A program made the translations under genes and the position numbers. Under the pieces are notes generated by a model, which saw nothing but the letters and a program-made list of their open reading frames with translations, did not search any database and was not told the DNA's origin. From positions 36,510,064 to 36,563,743 of the forward strand of contig NC_068987.1 in NCBI RefSeq assembly GCF_001194135.2: a stretch of 53,680 nucleotides of DNA, read 5' to 3'. Shown here one piece after another: positions 46,950-53,680 of the stretch; positions within the stretch are counted from its first letter, which is position 1, and each line of letters opens with the position of its first letter. The DNA comes from Octopus bimaculoides. Taxonomy: Eukaryota.

Positions 46950-48655
46950 GAACATAGAAAGAAACAAGGAGAGAAAATAAAGAATGCGTAGTGGCTAGCG
47001 ATCTNNNNNNNNNNNNNNNNNNNNNNNNNNNNNNNNNNNNNNNNNNNNNNNNNNNNNNNNNNNNNNNNNNNNNNNNNNNNNNNNNNNNNNNNNNNNNNNN
47101 NNNNNNNNNNNNNNNNNNNNNNNNNNNNNNNNNNNNNNNNNNNNNNNNNNNNNNNNNNNNNNNNNNNNNNNNNNNNNNNNNNNNNNNNNNNNNNNNNNNN
47201 NNNNNNNNNNNNNNNNNNNNNNNNNNNNNNNNNNNNNNNNNNNNNNNNNNNNNNNNNNNNNNNNNNNNNNNNNNNNNNNNNNNNNNNNNNNNNNNNNNNN
47301 NNNNNNNNNNNNNNNNNNNNNNNNNNNNNNNNNNNNNNNNNNNNNNNNNNNNNNNNNNNNNNNNNNNNNNNNNNNNNNNNNNNNNNNNNNNNNNNNNNTG
47401 TATGTGGGGTGTTTGGAGGGACGGGGTTGGTGAAGGAGGGGGAGCGTATCAAGGAGGGAGAGGGGTAGTGGAGGAGTTGGGGTAGTGGCATCGTGTGTGA
47501 TGGAATGGAGGAGTGAGTGAAGTTTACTTTGCTTGGTGTGAGCGAGAAATTGATGAAAGAGATGATTTAAATGAATTATGTAACGTAACGTAGTGTTTGC
47601 ATAGGAGGGCGATTGAGCGGAGAAGATGGAAAAAGTAAGAGGGAGAAGACGCTGGATGGTGTGTAGTTTTGAGAGATTAGAACGAATAGTGACGCGCATA
47701 AGGCGGTAGGATGTAGTACGGAGTATGGGTAGGATGGCTGTAGCAGTGTAGTGAGTGGGGTGGAAATGGAGGCGGAAACCTTTAGAGATGAAGCGGTGAT
47801 GCAAACAGCGACTGAGAAACGAAATGTGACTAGAGAAACGAGTTTTTTTTTAATAAGTAGGGTAAGGTTAATAGAAGGCTGAAAGCAGTGGAAAGGAATG
47901 TGCAAAGGTGTTGTTTTAGACGGTGGTGGAGGTGGAGGAGGAAAAGTTTGTTATCGAGCATGACGTAAAACGAGAAGAGAAGAGAAAGAAAGGAGGAAAA
48001 AGGGGAAAAGGGTGAGACAGAGAAGGTGAATAAAGACGTGGCGAGGAAAAATTCAAAAGGTGTGGGGAGAAAGAAAAAGCAAAAGGCGTGAGGAGAAAAA
48101 ATGTATATATGAGAGGTGGGAGAAGAAAATAAAAACAAGGAAAGAAAGGACGAAGATGGAAGAAACAGAGTGAAAAGGAGGAAGAAGGGGAGAGGAGAAG
48201 ACTGAAGGGAAAAAGAAGGGAAGGGAGAGAGAGGCAAGGTAACAGGTGCGGATTAGAGTAAACATAGTAAGGACAACTAAAGTAGGAAGAAACGACAATA
48301 GGAAAAAACAGAAAGTACAAAAAAAGTTTAGAAAGTACAAAAAAGTTAAAAGTTCAAAAGGTTAAAAAGCTTCGAATATCGTGGTGTATTGGAGCGATTT
48401 CTCATCAACAGAGGCGTCCAATGTAATCCATGGGCAGGAGAGGCGCAGCTGAAGTGTACGAGAGTAGAAAGTCCTGGTAGAGAATCAAGGTAGAATAGTC
48501 CATTGTAGAAGGTGTAAAAGTTCGTTGGGTAATGAGAGGAGACAGGATCAACTGGTGCGATCAACTGGGGAGAATTCATAAAAAGCAAAAGACGAAGACA
48601 GGTGGTCTAGACAACAAACAAATGTATTAGTTTAAAGCTCGGGAAGTGAAAAGGT

Positions 48656-48691
48656 CTTTAACGTTTCGAGCCTACTCTCTTCCACAGAAAG
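48656..48691 (-). ncRNA. Atypical minimal hammerhead-like motif, terminal repeat copy A
   Basis: CTTT-CTGTGGAA-GAGA(GTAG)GCTC-GAAAC-GTT-AAAG. Confidence 0.45.
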
Positions 48692-49236
48692 GAACAGAGA
48701 AAGAAACAAGGAGAGAAAATAAAGAATGTGTAGTGGCAGGCGATACATCATGGCGAGTGCCAGACAGAGGAGTCACAAAGGAGTGCTAGAAAGAAGGGGA
48801 GACAATAATGCAGTGGTGATCCCAAAATGAAGGTGCGTGTGCGTGTGTATAAGACAGCATGTACGTGCGTGTGTATAAGAGAGCATGTATGTGCGTGTAG
48901 AAGACGTCTAGTGACCTAGACGTGTGCGTGTGTGTATGTGTAGTTGTGTAGAAGTGGGAATGGGAAGTGGTCAGTGCTAGTGTGTGCGTGGTGGTGTGAT
49001 GTGGTGTTGTGAGGTATGGTGGTGTATGGTGTAGTGGTGTGTAGTGTGGTGTGATGATATTGAAAAGGTTGCAAGACGCAACGAAAATTTTCGGAAAATA
49101 AAAATAAGAAATAAGTGGAAATTTTACCTGTGAGTGTGTTAAATTATAAGGCACAAAAAGAAAATGACTCTCCCCAGACACAACCGAATATGCTTCAACT
49201 CATATAAAGAATCTAGCAAACCAAATCCAAAACGAA

Positions 49237-49273
<37 letters not shown>

Positions 49274-49570
49274 NNNNNNNNNNNNNNNNNNNNNNNNNNN
49301 NNNNNNNNNNNNNNNNNNNNNNNNNNNNNNNNNNNNNNNNNNNNNNNNNNNNNNNNNNNNNNNNNNNNNNNNNNNNNNNNNNNNNNNNNNNNNNNNNNNN
49401 NNNNNNNNNNNNNNNNNNNNNNNNNNNNNNNNNNNNNNNNNNNNNNNNNNNNNNNNNNNNNNNNNNNNNNNNNNNNNNNNNNNNNNNNNNNNNNNNNNNN
49501 NNNNNNNNNNNNNNNNNNNNNNNNNNNNNNNNNNNNNNNNNNNATATATATATATATATATATATATATA

Positions 49571-49700
49571 CATGACAGGCTTCTTTCTGTTTCCCTCTAC
49601 GAAATGAACTCACAAGGCTTTGGTCACCCCGGAGCTATAACAGAAGACACTTGCCCAAGATGCCAGGCAGATGAAGCCAAGAATGTGGTAATAAACTGAG
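49571..49700 (-). mobile_element. SINE family A head half, degenerate, next to (TA)n and a gap
   Basis: CTCACAAGGCTTTGGTC...AGAAGACACTTGCCCAAGATGCC. Confidence 0.75.
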
Positions 49701-49922
49701 AAGTAACCGATATCAAGGAATAGTTTATACCCTTCAGCCCACGTACGCACACATAGATATATATCGACACATACATATATACACACATACATATACAGAT
49801 AAATATATTCCTGTATACACACAGATATACTACTACATATACACAAAACAAAAAAGTTTATGCATATATACATATATATGTATAAATAGATATAAACTAA
49901 AACTATACACAAATACGCATAC

Positions 49923-49972
<50 letters not shown>

Positions 49973-50035
49973 GCATAAACATACACATTTATGTATGCAC
50001 ATGCACATATACATACGCATATATATATATATATA

Positions 50036-50116
<81 letters not shown>
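50036..50116. repeat. (ATT)n microsatellite within a larger TA/CA-rich low-complexity block
   Basis: Direct reading. Confidence 0.97.
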
Positions 50117-50118
<2 letters not shown>

Positions 50119-51136
50119 AAGAATATGCAAACATCAATTTACACCCATGCTTACATTTTCATCCGCAAAGAAATACCCAGAGACCACACATACTCACGTG
50201 TAAAACTCGTATGGTAATATACTTGTTTATATATGTTTATATCATCCTCACATGTTTATACACAATATCTAATATATATGCATACAAACAAATGCACACA
50301 TACACACGCACACCCACACACAAATACACATACGCATACAAATATGGATATGGATATGTATGTGTGCATATGAAAAGCAAATGTAATATCTTGCATATGT
50401 ACGTTATTTGAGCATCAATAATAACTAATTCAACTGACGTTGAATTAGTTATTGCAACTTATGTTTGAATCTATCGATCTCATTAGCAAAATCACACTAT
50501 ATTACTTTTAAAAAAAACTACTTATGTATATATAAGCGATAACAAAGGATTCCTGTTTTGTTAATATAACAAAAACTGAAGAAAATTAAATGTCTTTAAA
50601 AATATATGTTGGTTGCATAGATAAATACAAAAAATGTAAAAGCGTGAAACATTACAGAGAAAAAGAAGTAAGAACAGAAAAAATGGTAAAAATGAGAACA
50701 AAAAAGTAAGAAGAGATAAATAAATGCCATAACTGAAAAAAATTACAGTAAAGAAAAATTGAATAATCAGTTATATCGTATTTGAATCTAGAAATAGACT
50801 GTAATCTAAATAAAATTACACACATCAAATGTTTCAGTTACGTGTTATTTATCACAGATTATGTCACGAAATAAAACAAACTATAAAACTGTTATATGTT
50901 TATGTGTTCAGTTTTATAATAGCTTATTATCAGCACATCCCCGAACCGTCACACACATTTCCAATAAAACACCTTACACCATATATGTCCCAAAATTTCA
51001 TGACACAAATCTAATAATAACCAAAAAAATTAAACAATCTTTATCAATGATATAAGAGATCATACTAAAGAAAATTTGAAATGTTACTAAACGAATACTA
51101 CGAGGTTGTTATTATTATTATTGCTATTGGTAAGTT

Positions 51137-51300
51137 AGTGAACTGGCGGAACCGTTAGCACGCCGGAAAAAAATCTTAGCGACATTTTATCTGCCTTTAC
51201 GTTCTGAGTTCAAATTCCACCACGATGAGTTTGCTTTCCCTTCGGTGTCGATAAAATAAGTACTAGTTTATTGCTTGCTTTGTGTCAAAATTTGAAGCCC
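51137..51300 (+). mobile_element. SINE family B
   Basis: GTGAACTGGCGGAACCGTTAGCACGCCGG...CTGAGTTCAAATTCC...GTCGATAAAATAAGTAC. Confidence 0.82.
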
Positions 51301-51334
51301 TTAATATTATTATTAGTAGCAGATTAAATAAAGC

Positions 51335-51550
51335 ATTAGACTGGCAAAATTCTTAGAGCATCGAGCAAAAAGCTTTGTCATACATAATTACAACATTAGG
51401 TCTGAAATCAGAATTCATCACGATCTACTTTGCTTTTCATTCTAACACGGTCGATAAAATAGAACTTTAGTCAAGTACAGAGGCCAATTTAATCGATTTA
51501 TACCCTCACTCCAAATTTGTAACGTTGTGTCCAACTCAGAAATGGTTATT
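51335..51550 (+). mobile_element. SINE family B, highly degenerate tandem neighbour
   Basis: ACTGGCAAAATTCTTAGAGCA...GGTCGATAAAATAG...AATCGATTTATACCCTC. Confidence 0.55.
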
Positions 51551-52122
51551 CGACATATTAAGATATGAACAGGATATGAGCTGCATACATTGCATCGAGA
51601 AAACAAAAGTAAAATAAATCAGCTTACAAATTTACAATAAATCACCACCGTAGCTAGTATTGTATTCCTCATATCTGATCTGATCTAGACTACAGCTAAC
51701 ATTTAACTTTGATAAAAAAAAACCGTTGATATAACTTTATCATGTAGTAGTGGACATTTAACCACCTGACCTATAGCAGAAGACACATCAAAACTATATT
51801 CTTAAAATGCTCATGACTATGTAAAATGTTAATTAAAAAACTGATTGCCTGTTGATATGCTCTTCATAAAAGAAAGGGAGGTTATTATTAAGGGTATCTT
51901 AGGTTGTAACTTCTTGCAAAGATATGTTACCTTATATTTGTTCGGTTCAAGCTTCTACGGTAAAGATCTCACGTGAAGATTCTAGAATAGAGGAACAAAA
52001 ATGCCAGCCTAAATTTTATTCATAAAATATGCAATAAAACTTAATTTCTAAAATACAATAGGAATACACAGTATACATATATATATGTGTCTGTATAAAT
52101 GTATATTTATGTATGTGAGTGC

Positions 52123-52205
<83 letters not shown>

Positions 52206-52213
52206 CTAATATA

Positions 52214-53408
52214 TACTAGCTGGTGTACCCGGTAATTCCCGGAGGTAAAGATGTTCTATTGAAACGCCTTACTACTCTGATATAAGAAAGCAATTTCGTT
52301 ATAACTGCCACGAAAGGTGTATTTTCCGTCACGAAAAAGTACAAAAAACTGTCAGCTGGAGGAGGAAGAGATTGTTGGAGGTTGGCGAGAGAGGTTTCCG
52401 GAGGTTGGTGAGAAAGATTGTTGGAGATTGGTGAGAGAGGCTGTCGGAGGCTGGCGAGAGGCAAAGACATTATTCTGCTAAGCGAAGGTATTTGGGAAAT
52501 GTATAACTGCTGTCATTCACAGAAAAACTATTATTTTATTGTGAGAAAAGCGCTCTTGCAGTTGTAAGTGAAATTTGGCAATTAAGGATCAAATCTACGC
52601 TTTGCCTGCATGAAACCACTACAAATACGTTGTGGATTAAAAAAAACCATCTACTGCCATGGAAAAAGTGTAACTGTAAAAGTGCAGAATTATCGGAGTA
52701 ATGGGCATTCAAAAAAGTATGTATGTATAGAAATGTACGAATGAAGGCTTTACGGTTTAAGATTCAAATTAAGGAAGTGCAATAATAATGTTTAGCAGTT
52801 CAAAACTCTGAGTAGCGAAATGCAGAAAAAGGTTGGCTGATCGTGAGAATAAAATATTGATCACCTCGCTAAAATCTGCAGGTGGTATGAGTTATTTCCC
52901 TTGGATTGTTTAAATAAATTATTAGTAATATGTAGTAGATAGTATGATCCACTGGAAGGGCCCTATTATCGATTTTTTCAACAATCTAAGTATGTCACGA
53001 GGTTTCCAGACATGAGTTTTACTCACGTGTCAAATAAAGTATAAAAGTGATACTGTCTGCAAAAATTAAAAATAGGACACACAAAAAATCAATATTCAAA
53101 GTAATCGAACATAAGCAATGAAATAGGTTATTTCCTTTGAGTGTTTAAAAAAATATATTGTACAGGTGGTATGGGTTATTTCCCTTGGGTGTTTAAAAAA
53201 CAAAATAGCAATATGAGGTAGCTATAAAGAACCCTTCCAGAGGCCGTATTATCGATTTTTTTTTAACAATCTAAGTATATCACGAGGTTTCCAGACATGA
53301 GTTCTACTCACGTGTCAAGTTTCATCAAAATGAATAAAACGACGTAGGAGGAGTTGGCTAACAACGCGACAAACAAACACACACCAGTTTTCCACATATG
53401 TAGTAGAT
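52214..53408 (+). mobile_element. Non-autonomous Helitron/Helentron-like (DINE-1/HINE-type) element
   Basis: 5' TACTAGCTGGTGTACCCGG and 3' AAGTTTCATCAAAAT...AGGAGGAGTT...ACAAACAAAC...TAGTAGAT termini, which I recall as typical of such elements; internal tandem and direct repeats. Confidence 0.5.
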
Positions 53409-53680
53409 ATACATATATATTGGGTAATTACAGCGGCTTTTTTATTTAGCAAAAACAATAACAACATGTAACAAAACATGTTTAAATGATAATTCCGGAG
53501 CATATTCACGATCTACACCAATTACTGCTTCCTAATTGCTTGGCAGCCGATCAGACCCTTATTTAAAGATGTTTTTGTTAAATACTGTCATTGTCTTTGT
53601 TGAATAAAATTGGTTGCAAAAAAGCCGCAAAAATTATGCACCAAACCAAAATATATGTGTGTGTGTGTGTATCTGTATTC

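Larger units (their letters stand above)
46818..48744 (-). mobile_element. Penelope-like element with two direct terminal repeats (46818-47004 and 48564-48744) and an ORF N-terminus
   Basis: ~180-bp direct repeats each carrying a hammerhead-like motif; minus-strand SSHISFLSRCLHHRFISKGFRLHFHP...RLMRVTIRS resembles PLE ORF N-termini; RT and endonuclease are absent or hidden in the 47005-47398 gap. Confidence 0.7.

Noticed and set aside
52368-52459. CRISPR-like array
   Set aside because: Units are contiguous with no unique spacers, there are no cas genes and the context is eukaryotic.

Overview
AT-rich, non-coding eukaryotic DNA with many N gaps, most of them flanked by microsatellites. I found no host exon, tRNA, rRNA or CRISPR array that I can support. 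The tRNA-derived SINE families, the repeat content and the TTAGGG-type repeats suggest an octopus (coleoid cephalopod) genome; this is inference from recall, not a search. The window is a layered set of transposon remnants: two main SINE families, two mariner remnants, two copies of a Tc1-like element with DD36E spacing, a CR1-like RT fragment, Penelope-like element (PLE) fragments, several MITE/foldback elements, a Helitron-like non-autonomous element and a deleted Ty3/Gypsy element. Three observations stand out. (1) A ~1.9 kb ORF1-only non-LTR element (HAL1-like) with a 15-bp target-site duplication (TSD) splits the Gypsy 5' LTR. (2) Three different minimal hammerhead-ribozyme-like motifs occur, four copies in total and three of them at PLE ends; one has an A3-U8 swap of the conserved C3-G8 core pair. 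(3) A foldback element carries an internal telomere-like array. All alignments and translations were done by eye, so boundaries are approximate unless a junction sequence is quoted.
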